A stretch of DNA of 64,000 nucleotides from Octopus sinensis (taxonomy: Eukaryota), in the NCBI RefSeq assembly GCF_006345805.1, contig NC_043003.1, positions 72,292,001 through 72,356,000 on the forward strand. The letters are read 5' to 3'. This document shows positions 37,813 through 51,924 of the stretch, piece after piece; the first letter of the stretch is position 1, and every line of letters starts with the position of its first letter. Position numbers and translations under genes: made by a program. The notes beneath the pieces were generated by a model, which was not told the origin of the DNA, ran no database searches, and saw only the letters and a program-made list of their open reading frames with translations.

Positions 37813-39037
37813 ACACAGACGACAGAAATAGATACCCCATAAAGCATTGTTTTATGCTTATTTTCACTTGAAAATGTTTACATTTTTTTTAATTGACATT
37901 TTTATGTTTCGGGTTCTGTATGTGACAGTTTAATCATGCCACGGACAAAAGAAACCTTGGAACTGCCGAAATTTGAAACAGGTCATATTGTGGGTCAATC
38001 GGAAGGTGGAGCGTAAAATCGCAGCAAACCTTTGGGTCCCGCTTTCTACAGTTAATAAGGTGGTTGTGCAATTCACCAGAGAGGGGAAGGAGTTCACATT
38101 ACCTTGTCCAGATCGACCAGAGCTATTTGACAGGGCCCTTTGCTTTTTTAAGTGAAGTGTGGATGATAATTCTCATTGAAAGACCTCTGATATAGCATAA
38201 AAAGTTAATGTCAGTCTCAGAAGAGCTGTCAGGTATCTCCACAAACTTGGCTACTATAGCAGAGCAGCAAGAAAGAAACCATTTCTTGAACCATCCAATA
38301 TCAAGTGGAAAACGGATTGGGCCAATGAGATGATGGAGTGGCCGCAAGCATTTTGGGACACTATCATATTCTCTGATGAGTCCAGATTTGCTGTATTTTC
38401 TGACAGAGATCGAGTGTTGGTCTGGAGACTCTGTGATCAAGAATTTGACATGAAAAGACTGCTGCCAACGATAAAACAAGTCGGCTATATTGTGATGGTC
38501 TGGGGAGCAATGGAAAACCAGAGCTGGTGGGGTGTGACGGAAGCATAAACTCAGATAAATATGTGTCCATATTTCAGAAAGGGCTTCTTCCAGACTCCTC
38601 CAATGGTTAAAATGATTAAAGAGGACTTTTTATTTAGGGAAGATAGGGCTCCTTCTCACACAGCTAAGAAGACCCAAGATTGGTTGGAAAAGAACGGCAT
38701 GAAAAAACTTCCACGGCCAAGATATGAACACCAGATATTGAACACCTATGGGGCATAATGGACAGGACACTTACGTAAAAAGGATAAAAATGCTTCCTCA
38801 AAGCCAGATCTTTTGAGATTACTGCATGAAACTTGGTAAGAAATTTCCCAAGAGAATATTCGTCATCTGATCAGTAGCATGCCTTAAAGGATCCTTGCAT
38901 TGAAAAATGCAAAGGGCATGTCTGCTAAATACTAGATATTCACATTATAATAATTAATGATTTAAATGTATAATTTCAGATTTTGTATAAATTTTAATGA
39001 TTATAAGGGTGTCGGTTTAATTCTGTTATGTCTGTGT
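37813..39037 (+). mobile_element. Decayed Tc1-family DNA transposon with degenerate TIRs
   Basis: MPRTKE..FETGHIVG from 37936, IIFSDESRF, VMVWGAM, FREDRAPSHTAK and terminal AKGMSAKY*; left end CACAGAC..ACAGAA partly matches the reverse complement of 39005-39037. Confidence 0.88.
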
Positions 39038-39049
39038 ATATATCTATAA

Positions 39050-39108
<59 letters not shown>

Positions 39109-39110
39109 AT

Positions 39111-39244
<134 letters not shown>

Positions 39245-39477
39245 CAGACGGATGGATAGATAGATAGATACATACATACATACATACATGCATGCATACA
39301 TACATACATACATACATACATACATACATACATACATTCATACATACATAAATACATACATACAAACATACGTACGTACGTACATACATACTTGATTGTT
39401 CTGCAAATAGCGTCAATTTATTGCCGTGATTTATGAGACTATTTAATTTCCTCTAATTTTTTAGGCTTAGTTACACA

Positions 39478-39513
<36 letters not shown>

Positions 39514-40589
39514 CTGTACATATGTATACTATATTTCGTATTAATTGCCAATTTAAAATTGTAGTTTATGACTAGTTAATTTTTATCCGTCTGTCGGTTT
39601 CAATTATATTTTCTTATATTTTCTCTTTTCATTATACAACTGCATATACATATCATATTAGATACACACACACACACACACACACATACATGTACATTCA
39701 CACGTACGTAGACACAAACATATATACGTACATATCTACATTTATATGGGTGTTTATATGTATGTATGCACATGGATATGCATGTGTTTGTACACAAACA
39801 CACCCAAACACACACACAGACACAGACACAGACACACACACAGACACAGACACACACACATATATATATATAATATGCTTGTTTTTCTATTTTTAATTAT
39901 CTGAAACCTTCCTGTTGAGAAGGAGCAAGTTTCTCACAAAGATGCAAAGCTACATCGTTGGAACGTACATAACAAAAACATATTCACATTTTGAACTTGA
40001 GAAAAGTCTTGCATATTTTTACTATTCCGCTTACAGATTGTATTTGTGCGTGTTAACTGGTTGATTTCGTTTTCTGAAACCCCAAGCATACTTTTATGTG
40101 TTTACATATGTATGTATGTATTTATGTATGTATGTATGTATGTATGTATGTTTGTATGTATGTATGTATGTATGTATGTATGTATGTATGTATGTATGTA
40201 TGTATGTATGCTTGTATTTGTGTGTGCATGTGTGTGTGTATGGATGGATCGATGAATGGATGTTATTAAGTCGATGGACAAAATGTCTGCTGGAATTCTG
40301 TTATGACTCCTTGCGTTTTGACTTCAAATCCCACTGAAATCAACTGAACCATTTGTTCGATTTCATAATATAAAGTGCCAATCAAGTATTGAGGACAATG
40401 TTGTCGACCTATCTCCGTACTGAAAAATACTGGCCCTGTGCCTAAATTAGAAACTATTATCATTTGACCTGGTTATTTCACATGGATCGTGGCTGTACCG
40501 TTTGGAGATAAACTCGACAAGCATGGAAGTGCTACCAGCAAGATTGTCCGAGAGGCGCGCAGAGCGACAAAAAACGTTCTGCGCTTATT

Positions 40590-41080
40590 CGTCCTGTACC
40601 CGAGTACGCTAAACTTTATTTCAATATCCCTACAACACACTTTTACTATATTAACAAGTGAATTGATTTCTTTTTCAGACTTTGCAAATATCTTCAGGTC
40701 TTCTATGAAGAATACAAGATTTAGAAAAGGTGCAATTGTTGGAAGTTTGTAGTCCTTGGTGAATTTTCTTGATGAATGTTAGCGTGATAACAAATAACAA
40801 GAAGAATGAATCACCTCTTTTAACGGCTGCAGAAGCTAATGATTTCATGTCTACCGTCAAGTTCGTTTTCAACGACATCGTACTACCTCAGAGGATGTTA
40901 ATGCAGTTTCTAGCTATGTCTAGATGATTCCACACTCCGAGAAAGGATATATTACCGTAAGTCTTTCTAAAGTCGACCCATTCCATGCACAAATGCGTCT
41001 GTTGTCGCCTGTAGTTCTGCGTTACCATTTTGGCAATGATCAGATAGTCTCTGGTGCCTGTTAAGTGTTACTTGCACTTC
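40590..41080 (-). mobile_element. Older R4/Dong-type RT fragment
   Basis: GTRDYLIIAKMV, MEWVDFRKTY and DLKIFAKSEKEINSLVNIV parallel the RT of the adjacent element. Confidence 0.7.
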
Positions 41081-41208
41081 TTTGATTTGAATGAAATAAT
41101 TGTATATGAAAAATTAATGTGAGTAACTTCCATAACAGATTGAAGCAGGTGATTCAATCATCATCATCATCATCATCGTTGTCGTCGTCATCATCATCGT
41201 CGTCATCG

Positions 41209-41266
<58 letters not shown>

Positions 41267-41284
41267 TATTATTATTATTATTAT

Positions 41285-44200
41285 TCAGTAGTCTTAGTTT
41301 TTATCACGTGCTTTCATTGCATCACCGAGCACAGCTCTGTGTGCCTTGGGTATGTGCTGTGGTTTATTGTAATGCTCTTATTTTTACTGTATTGAAAGTG
41401 CTTTACGAAGGATGTGTGCGGTGCCTAGTAGTGCAATTTTCTGTATGTTATATATATTTGTTAGTCTTGGTGTTTTTGTTAAGTCTTTGTCTGAATATTT
41501 TTTTATCACACCTAATGCGACTACTACGATAGGAATTGTTTCTGTCTTTAGACTCCATATTCCAGTTACCTCTATTTCCTGGTTTTTGTATTTTGAAAGT
41601 TTTTCCGTTTCTTTTAAAGAAACATTGTCATCTGTTGGTATTGACACATCGATTAGAAAGCATTTCTTTTCTTGGTGATCTCTGATAGCTATATCCGGCA
41701 TATTGGCCATAATTTCTCTATATGCGTGTATTGGCATATATCAGAGCCTGGTTGCTTTCTCATTTCTGTGCCCTTTTCCGGCATGTCCCTCTACCATCTT
41801 TGTTCTGTTGCTATTCCATAGTGTTGACATAGCTTCCAGTGTATATAGGTTCCAACTCTGTCGTGTCAGTGAATATATTCCTTCTTAGGCAGGACTGAAC
41901 AGCCGGAGACAATATAATTTATTGTTTTTTCTTCTCCACATATTTTGCAATTACTTACATTTCTTTTCATTACACGTTTTTAGTAATTTCTGGTGGGAAG
42001 TCTTTGGTCTTGTGCTTCAATTAAAAATCCTTCAGTTTCTGCTTTGAATCCTGAGTTGGGATTTTGCTTTGTCTATTTATTTGCCTGGAAGAGGCTTTCC
42101 TTACCGTGGTTTTATCATGATCCGTTGCTGTTTCAGTTTTAGTTTGCATTTCAGTTGTTTTACAGCTTTTGTTGTTTCTTCTTTTTCTTCATAGTTGTTA
42201 GGTATTATGACTTCTTTTTTTGTATTTCTCAGCTTCCTTAAAGACTGAAAGCAGTTTTTTTTTTGTTCGTGTTTTGTGGCTATTTGTACTAGTTTTCCTT
42301 GCATCTGAAGTAGGTATTTCTGTAGTCCTATGGTAGATATTTTGTAATAGTTTTCTAGCAGTATAAGGCCTCTACTACTTTCGATACGTTGTATACATAA
42401 CATTTCTATGTCAGATTTTGGGTGGTGCATCCTAAATCCTGTTGTTATTTTTTCTTGTTTTCCTGTCTATTTTGATTAGTTCATTTAGAGTCCAGTTAAG
42501 AATATTGTAGCTGTAACTTATAACTGGGACGGCTAGAGTGTTGTTACCTATTATCTTGTTTTCCGCATTGAGCGTTGTGTTTAGTATTAATCTAACTCCA
42601 CTATAGTATTTTTTCTTATCTTCGCTTTCATGTGTGTGTGTTGTATCGTTTCTAGTTTATTGATTTCTAAGTATTTCTGTGTCTGGCTTTGGTCTAATTC
42701 TCTTATTTTATTTGCTTTATCTAGTGTAATGTTGCTACCCTTAACTAGCATTCCACTTTCAAAGATTGTTTTGACACAATTTCCTAAGCCAAATTTCATA
42801 TGTATTTCTTTGGTAAATCTATGTACTGTCTATAGTAATGTTTATAGCAGTTTATCATTTATAGCGTACTGTTTTAGATCATCGATATATAAGAGGTGGT
42901 TGATTGTTTTGCCGCAACAGTTGTATCCAGATCCAGTCCTGATTAGCATGTCAAATAAAGGTGTCAGTGTAAAGTAGAAAAAGAGTGGAGAGAGTGTGTC
43001 TCTCTCGAATATTCCTCTTCTAATGGGGATGGCATTGGTTTTTATGAATCCCTGTTTTGTCTGGAACTGTAACACTGTCTGCCATTTATTCATGGACTGT
43101 TTCATATATTTTATGATTATTGGTGCTACTTTGTTCATAGCTAGTGTTTCTAGGATCCATGTATGGGGAATACTGTCAAAAGCTTTTCGGTAATCGATCC
43201 AGGTCATACTTAGACCCTTCTTTTTTCTGCGGTTGTCTTCAGTCACGACTTTATTAATCAGTAGCTGACCTTTACAGCCGTAGGATCCTTTGCTGTATCA
43301 AGAAATGCTCAATCTGGAAGCAGAGTGTTTTCTTCCAGATGCTTGCTCATTCTCTGCGATATTATTACAATAAAGGCTTTGTAAATTGTAGCGAGATAAG
43401 TTATCGGTCTGTAATTTTGTGGGTTCCCCGTTTCAGTGGATTTGGGATTTAAGATAGTTTTCCCTTCCGTGAGCCATGCAGGCATTGTCTCTGGCTCTGC
43501 TAGCATTTCTTTAAATTTTTCAGCCAACTTTTTATGTATTCGTTTTACGTATTTTGACCTGAAGTTGGCGATCTTGTCGTGCCCGGGTGGCTTCCAATTG
43601 TTTAGTTTTTACAGTGCCTGGTAGACCTCTTCAGTTCTTACAGGGGTCCAGATTTCTTCAGGTTCTGTGTTCGTTGTTTTGATAGACGTTTTCTGAGGTT
43701 GTTCCTTCGCCAACCACTTTTCTTTCCAAAATTCTTCCACTTCTTCTGCTGTTGGTGCTGTATTGATCACTATCTTATTTTTGCCAAGTTCATGGTAGAA
43801 TCTTGTAGGGCTGGAGTTGGACTGTTTGTTTTGTTCATAGAAACGTTTGCGTTTCTCATACCGGCTGATTCTTTGTGCTTTGGCGAGGACATCTTGATTT
43901 AACTGTTCTTTTACCTCAGGTATACCTTATTCTGTAATTTTGTATTTAGATAATATTTTTCTTCCCTTCTTGTTGCTTAGTAGTGTTGATTGTCTACTAG
44001 TTTCATTAAGAATTGACAGATCCTTTCTCTAATTGCCTATTTTTTCTGGATATTATTTCGCCACGGGGTGATGATGCACCTCTTTGGATCGGTTTTTGGG
44101 GGTATCCAGCTTCCCTTATGGCCACGGAGGTTCCTGCATATATTATATCATTTTGCTTGGTCATATTGACATTTGTTTTTGTAGCTATTAGTTTTGTGAC

Positions 44201-45293
44201 GGCCAGGTTCGTACTATTTATTACTGATGTTGTTTTATTATCAATTTTAATTTTTGAGAGTTACAATCGGTGGTCGATACTAAGATCTGTTCCTCTCAGT
44301 TCTTTGATTATGCTTATTTTTAGAGTATCATAATCATTAGGTTCACTTCACTGTTTCCAGGTTTTAGATTTGTTTCATATTCCCTCCCATTCATATTTTT
44401 GTCTGTGGTGTTCTGGTTTGGTGCATTTTGCTCATCATTATACATTCCTACAGTTTGAGTTTGTTGTCTTTCTTTGTTTACTTCGCTTTTGTTGGAAATG
44501 GTATGTCTATCATCATGTTTTACAGTCCCACTACTCATGATATTATTTGGCATTGCTGTGTGGTTACTATCTACATTTTCCTGATGTATTTTTCCTTTTA
44601 AGTGATCTTTTTCTATTTCTGATATTTTTCTTTTTATTTTGAGAATATATCTCCGTATGTTAGCTAGTTTATTAGGGTTCATTGCTGTATCCAAGTCTTT
44701 ATCTAGGTTATTTTTCTTCCGGATTGTATATGTATATGTTGTTGTGTTTTCGTTCTGTGAGTAGAGCACTGCTGTAAAATAGGCATGTAGGATTGAAATA
44801 TATTCCTCACATGTCCATTTATGCTTTTTTTGTTTTTATTTGCGGGACATGAGGAATAACGTCCGACCCTTTATTTTGATTGTCATCATTTTCGTAGCGT
44901 ACCGGTCCGTTCATTTCTGATGTTAAATGGTTTTGCACGTGTACTTTTTGTGTAACAAGTTTAAAGTAAGTACTTCCCATTGGTTATCCTTGGGTTGAAT
45001 AATACGGTTATGATTTGTGCATGGTGGTTGGGACAGAGATGGTCTGATGTTGATTGGATCGTAATGTGGCGAGTGTCTTTACAAGTATTGTGCGAGTGAT
45101 GGCGATGATACGCAGTTAAAATACATCATTTCATTTGGAAAATAGAAATAAATTTTAATGAGTATTACTTACTCGGATATAGTCCAACACTTTGTCAGTT
45201 ATTTAGGCTCTATTTGTTGCCTTTATTCCCGATGTTTTTTGATAGGTTTCGGAGCAGTGTTTTCTCACTCTCACATGTTAAACGTCCCCGGTG
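41285..45293 (-). mobile_element. Near full-length, decayed R4/Dong-clade non-LTR retrotransposon (RT plus restriction-like endonuclease)
   Basis: N-terminal KHKWTCEEYISILHAYF; RT motifs PQNYRPIT, WIDYRKAFDSIPH, GIF..DTLSPL, HLLYIDDLK, FGLGNC; RLE region NMPDIAIRD..LIDVSIP..KETEKLSKY..KIALLGTAHILRKALS*; (TAA)n on both flanks. Confidence 0.93.
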
Positions 45294-45315
45294 TTGTATA
45301 TTATTATTATTATTA

Positions 45316-45367
<52 letters not shown>

Positions 45368-45380
45368 GTTATTATTATTA

Positions 45381-45454
<74 letters not shown>

Positions 45455-45511
45455 CTATCATCATCATCATCATCATCATCATTATCATCATCATCATCAT
45501 CATCATCATCA

Positions 45512-45725
45512 AGGGGACAAGCTGGCAGAATCGTTAGCACACCAGGCGAAATGCTTAGCAGAATTTCATCCGGCCTTATGTTCTGAGTTCAGATGCCGCC
45601 GTAGTCGACTTTACTTTTTCTCTTTTCGGCGTCGATAAAATAAGCACCAGTTGAACATTGGTGTCGCAGTAATCGACTTGTCTGCTCCCCAAAAATTTCA
45701 GGCCTCGTGCCTTTAGTACGATGTA
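45512..45725 (+). mobile_element. SINE family B
   Basis: GCTGGCAGAATCGTTAGCAC..GCGAAATGCTTAGC..GTTCTGAGTTCA..GTCGACTTT. Confidence 0.85.
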
Positions 45726-46479
45726 TTATTATTATCATTACTATTATTATTTGTCAAAATAAAAAAAAAATTATAAATCAGTAATTACTTATTATAATGT
45801 AATAACTAAAAGTTCTTTTTGTATGATGAATTTAGTATTCCTTAGAAACCTGTATATTAATAACCATTGCCTGTTCAGCAGAGATTCGGTAAGTTGCTTC
45901 ATAGAAATAATATTAAAGTTAATTATAACCGAAGAACTAATAATAGGAATATTTTATCCACTAAATCTCAATTAACAGTGACAGATAATACAGCTTCTAA
46001 TATTTGAAATAAGGATGTATGTTCTTCGACGGTTACTGCAAAAAGTATTTCAATAATTCAGTCGTTTGTAAAACAAGCAAGCCCTCTGAGTAGTTGGAGG
46101 AGCAAAAGACAAGAGCTTTTGCTCCTTCAGCTACTAAGAAAGTCTGCTGGGTGCCACTCTGTCCAAATTCCTGGATACCAGCGTGAAACTAGTGTACAGA
46201 AATAACTACAAGAAACACTATATATACACACACATGCATACTGATATTACATACATATATACACATATACATACAGACATACGTACATACATTACATACG
46301 TGCATTACTTACATACAATCACGTACATATCTACACAAATCCACTTATACATTCAGATACATATTGACAGACATTACATACTTTACATATTTGCACATGT
46401 AGATAGATAGATAGATAGACAGACGGACAGACAGACAGGTACACCGACAGACAGTTACACACACACATATATATGTAAA

Positions 46480-47085
46480 TTATTAAATAGTGTAATACAG
46501 TAGTATTGCATCCCAGTGAAAGAAAGCACCATCAGGTTAAAGTATAAATATAGGATCGTGATACAATGATGCACCAATATTTACTGGAAACAGCAGATAA
46601 TATATGACGTTATAGTAAGGCTTCATTGTGTATATATATGTATATATATATATATACCGGCGAAAACGTTTGCGGGTGGCGAACATAAAATATTTCATCT
46701 TACATGTAGGAAGAATATTAAATAAATGTACAACCAAGATGTCGAAAATCAAGGACCTAGGTTTCGAACTTTCAAAATTACGCTTGTTAACGTATATTTG
46801 ATTAGTTCTCTTCGGCTAATTTCACCTAGACAAAATTTCAAATGTCGTTACATCAATGCCAGTATTACTCGTGTAAACACTCGGCCGTTAACAGACCGAG
46901 AATAGTGAAAAAGTTTTCAAAGAAAAGATTATTAAATAGTGAATACAGTAGTATTGCTTTCCAGTAAAACAAAGTACCATCAGGTTAAAGTATAAATATA
47001 GGATAGTGGTACAACAATGTACCAATATTTACTGGAAATAGCAGACGATAATATATGACGCTATAGTAAAGCTTCACTGTATATA

Positions 47086-47143
<58 letters not shown>

Positions 47144-47880
47144 AGAGTTTACGAAAAAGACAAAAGACGAAGACAGGTGGTGTACAAAACAAACAGATGT
47201 ATTAGTACAACGCTCAGGGATAGAAAAAGTCTTTCACGTTTCGAGCCTACGCTCTTCTACAGAAAGGGACATAGAAAAATCAAGGAGAGAAAAAAAAAGG
47301 AGAGAAAAAAAAGGAGAGAAAAAAGGAGGGAAAAAAGGAGAGAAAAAATGTGTGTAGTGGCTAACGATGGCTAAACACAGAGAGGACAAACAAGAACAGA
47401 CAAACGGATTAAGTCGATTATATCGACCCCAGTGCGTAACTAGTACTTATTTAATCGACCCCGAAAGGATGAAAGGCAAAGTCGACCTCAGCGGAATTTA
47501 AACTCAGAACGTAGCGGCAGACGAAATACCGCTAAGCATTTCGTCCAGCGTGCTAACGACTCTGCCAGCTCGGCCTCTTATTTTATATGTATATACTGGC
47601 AAAGACGTTTGCGGGAGGGGAACATAAAAAAATTCTTCTTATCTGTAGGAAGAATATTAAATAAATGTACAACACAGATGTGGATAATCTAGGACCGAGA
47701 TTTCGAACTTTCAAAATTACGTTTGGTAACGTAATTTGATTAGTTCTCTCCGGCTAATTTCACTTAGACAACATTTCAAATGTCGCTACATCAGTACCAG
47801 TATTACTCGTGTGAACGCCTGGCCGTTAACAGACCAAGAACAGTGAAAAAGTTTTCAAAGAAACTATTATTAAATAGTGG
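46480..47880 (+). repeat. Old local duplication: b (46480-46630), a (46655-46935), b' (46930-47080), a' (47595-47880)
   Basis: Direct repeats, e.g. CCATCAGGTTAAAGTATAAATATAGGAT twice and GTAGGAAGAATATTAAATAAATGTACAAC twice; diverged. Confidence 0.9.
47372..47575 (-). mobile_element. SINE family B
   Basis: Nearly the same sequence as 54055-54288. Confidence 0.9.
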
Positions 47881-48003
47881 AATATATATATATGTATATA
47901 AGGTTAATCCAAACATGAAAACACCAAGAGAAAACACAACAACGGGAGGACGTGGAACAAATAAAGTATTATTGGACGCTCAGGAAGGAAGGGAAGAAGG
48001 AGG

Positions 48004-48038
48004 GTTTTACGTTTCGAGCGGAGCTCTTCGTCAGAAAC
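48004..48038 (-). ncRNA. Minimal type I hammerhead ribozyme motif with intact core
   Basis: Minus strand reads GTTT CTGACGA A GAGC TCC GCTC GAAA CG TA AAAC: GUA triplet and palindromic ACGT stem III. Confidence 0.75.
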
Positions 48039-48128
48039 ATGGGAAAAGGAAAGATCCAGAGAAGGGAAGGCGGAGGAAAAAAATTCACCAACGGTACACG
48101 CGGTCACATTTTGAATGGATATATATAT

Positions 48129-48177
<49 letters not shown>

Positions 48178-48208
48178 TATATATATTATATATATAATAT
48201 AATATATA

Positions 48209-48249
<41 letters not shown>

Positions 48250-48274
48250 CATACATATATATATATATACATAT

Positions 48275-48347
<73 letters not shown>

Positions 48348-48963
48348 GAATGAAAGGATAGATAGATAGATAGATAGATAGATAGACAGACGGGCAGATA
48401 AACAGACAGACAAACAGACAAAGAGAGACAGACACAAACATATAGGTATACTATACTTGAAATGAGGTAACGTGATGCTGACGGCTCCAAAATCTTTAAA
48501 TTTAGAGCAGTTCAATTAGATTTCACTTCATGTCATACAATAACTACCATCAATAACAGCACTACTTCTGTACATTTGCTTCAAATTTTTAGAGATAGCA
48601 GCCAAATATCCATCAAGTAATTCTCTACTGTATCAAACGCATTTATGTAGTCCTAGAGAGACGATACCTACGAAATGAAAGGGAGTGATTACGGCGGCAT
48701 AACCTCGGGCTAAGCAACGACACTAACACGAGCCAATGCCAGAGCAGCTAAAAAGCTAATTAAAATCGTTAGAGCTAACAACCAAATTTTCCTAAATTCT
48801 CTCCCGTATTAAGAAAAAGATTATATATGTTAACGTAATCTTGAATATTAAGGTATGTTTGAAATAAAAAAGACAGATTGCTACGGCTGGAATGCCGTTG
48901 ATGGATCCGAGATAACATGGATAAACACCAACAAAAATAATAGCAACAATACAGGTATATATA

Positions 48964-49276
48964 TCACCGTGATCACCGTGACCGACCATGTTATCAGATG
49001 TTACTACATATCGCTGGTCACGGTGCGCTTCACATTGTTTTAGCCTTCAAATGACGCCACCCCGCTGGCTAAGCGAGCAGGCCAACAGAAGAAAGAGTGA
49101 GAGAAAACTGTGGTGAAAGAGTACAGCAGGGATCGCCCCCCCCCCCCCTGCCGGAGCCTCGTGGAGTTTTAGGTGTTTTCGCCCAATAAACACTCACAAC
49201 GCCCGGTCTGGGAATCGAAACCGCGAGCCTACGACCGCGAGTCCGCTGCCCTAATCACTGGACCATTGCGCCTCCA
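48964..49276 (-). mobile_element. tRNA-derived SINE, family C
   Basis: Minus-strand head TGGAGGCGCAATGGTCCAGTG..GGTTTCGATTCCCAG; tail GGTCGGTCACGGTGATCACGGTGA; paralog at 61315-61600; related head at 51931-52190. Confidence 0.88.
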
Positions 49277-50039
49277 CACAGGTATTTATAGAGAGTAATA
49301 ATTTGGGAAATTGGTAACGAAACCATACAATTCCGCCGCTAATTAACTTCATCGGACATTGCTACGTGTCACTCGTTAAGTGTTTAGTTTATTCCTGTTC
49401 ACAATATTAAAAGAAACCTCAGTGATGCTTACATATTTACAGAGTGAACAAGTTATTCGAAAGCTAATCGTATTTCTGGAACGTGGGGCGTTCGGTACTA
49501 CGGTGACCTCGATCTTCAACACCGATAATATACATAGGTACCACATGTTGGTAACGTGAGTCAGTAAATATTAAATAATCATTTATAATAAGGGATTAAC
49601 GAACTTAAAACGGTTAAAAGATTTACTGTAAACAACTATAAATACTCTAATATATCAACTTACCAAAAAAAAAAAAAACACACACACAAGGTCGCTGGTC
49701 ACGTGGTTCTTACGTAAAATATCCGGTACTCTACTAGAGTTGCATGATTACACTGTCATACGAAAATATCGGTGCAACAAATTGACTGAAACGCTCGAAA
49801 TAGATTCGCCCGCCAAATATATCAGCGTGTACGGCTGTATAAGTTCGTGTGTGTGTGTATGTATGTATGTATGTATGTAGTTTCATATATGTATGAGTAT
49901 CTATCTGTTTGTTTATCAGGACTGAAGACCATATAGTATTCCCAACAATTACTTTTACCTTAATACATTATATACAGAGAATATAAAACAGTTAACAATG
50001 GAAACGGGTATATCAATTAATTATTTATCTAATCAAATA

Positions 50040-51600
50040 TCTATTTTATGGATTCCCTTTCAGAGCTTCCTCACAACAGAGAGACTTCCAAAACAGTTAA
50101 AGGAAGGTATTATATACCCTACCCATAAGGGAATTAGCAGAGCAGACGCTAAGAATTGTAGATATGTCTCTCTAACTTCCCATGTCAGCAAAGTCATGGA
50201 GCGCATTGTCAGGAAGAAACTAATTGCGTTCCTTGAAGATAATGACTTGTTTCCTGACACCCAACATGGCTTTCTGTCTTACACAGCTTTTAGAATACTA
50301 TGACTGGGTTTTGAAACAATTAATTAATCGCTCAAATGTAGATGTGATATATCTTGACTTTGCAAAGGTCTTTGATAAGGTTGATCATAGGATGGTATGT
50401 CACAAACTACGGAGACTTAGCATGACTGGGGAAATCAGAGAGTGGTTGCATGACTTCTTAAAAGACAGAAGCCAAGCTGTTGCAGACAACGGAGCCCTCT
50501 CCACGGAGACATTAATAGAAAGTGGAGTGCCTTAGGGAACTGTATCGGGGCCACTACTGTTCACGGTGGCTATTTCAGACATGACATCAGTTTCACAGAT
50601 AGCCACACTTACTAGCTATGCCGACGACAAAAAAGTAGTACAAGCAGTCAAAGAACCTTTTGATGCTAATCTTCTACAGAAACACCTAGATGCCATATAT
50701 AAATGGGCTGAGTACAATGACATGCAATTTAATGCAGACAAATTCCAAGCCCTTCGCTCCCAGCTAATTGGTGCTCAGAACTCACAACAACGATACTTTG
50801 GACCAAAAGGAGCAGGAATCCAAGAATGACATACGGTGGATGATCTTGGGATTGATATGAGCAACAATGCCACGTTTCACATGCACATCACCAAGATGGT
50901 GGCAGTGTGTAAGCGAATGGCCGGATGGATTCTGAGAACCTTCAGAACAAAGGACCAGGAAACTATGCTGGTCCTATGGAGGACATTTGTCCTCAGCCGT
51001 CTGGACTACTGCTCTCAACTATGGTCACCCTACACTGTAGGATTAATAACAGAACTTGAGGCGGTTCAGAAATACTACTCGAGGAAGATTGCAGAGACTG
51101 AAAGAGACTGGGAGAGACTGAAAGAGCTACGACTCTACTCCTTGGAGCGAAGAGGGGGAGAGGTACGCAGTGATATATGTGTGGAAGATATACTGGAGGG
51201 GCTGGTACCAAACTTTGGAATTGAGACTTATACCAGACCTCGAATTGAACATCACTGCACCGTTCCAAAAGTCCTAATTGTCACATCTAGGGCGAGGACC
51301 ATGTGCTGCAATAGCTTGGGATTCAAGGGCCAACAGCAATTTAACTCCTTGCGAAAACATCTGAGGGACTTCCATGGAGTGGGATGTTTTCAAGAAACAA
51401 CTTGACCACTTACTATCCAAGATCCCAGATGAGCTAATTTCAAGGGAGGAAACTTAAAACAGAGCAGCAATATCGAACTCCCTCCTTCACCAGAAGCCAA
51501 CCCCATAGAACTGACAAATAAAAAGGTGACTACAATGGCGGAGCCCCAGCATGGCCGTAACCTCAAGGCCAAAACATATAAACGAATAAAAGAAGATGAA
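50040..51600 (+). mobile_element. 5'-truncated CR1-clade LINE (RT domain and C-terminus)
   Basis: SLTSHVSKVMERIV, QHGF, CLTQLL, DVIYLDFAKVFDKVDH, SGVP*GT, SYADD, MQFNADKF, SRLDYCSQLWSP; several stops and frameshifts. Confidence 0.93.
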
Positions 51601-51878
51601 TAATCAATTAATTAATATACCAGCTTCAATTGTTAACTTTGTTTTAGACATACACACACATACATACACAAACTGTTTTTTCCGCCATTTCATCATGTTG
51701 AACCGTTAATCCCAGATCATTTTGCTCTACCCGTTTTTTCCCCCTTTTAATCATTTCTGTCAAAGAGCGTAGGCTTGAAACGTCAAAGACTTTTCCATTC
51801 TTCCCGAGCGTTAACCAAATACATACACCCGCTTGTTCCTTCACCTTTCTTCAACTTTTGTTTTCTGTAAATTTGAAC

Positions 51879-51924
<46 letters not shown>

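Noticed and set aside
40678-40957. Good-looking plus-strand acceptor and GTAAGT donor
   Set aside because: All three frames contain stops, and the minus strand is an R4/Dong RT remnant.
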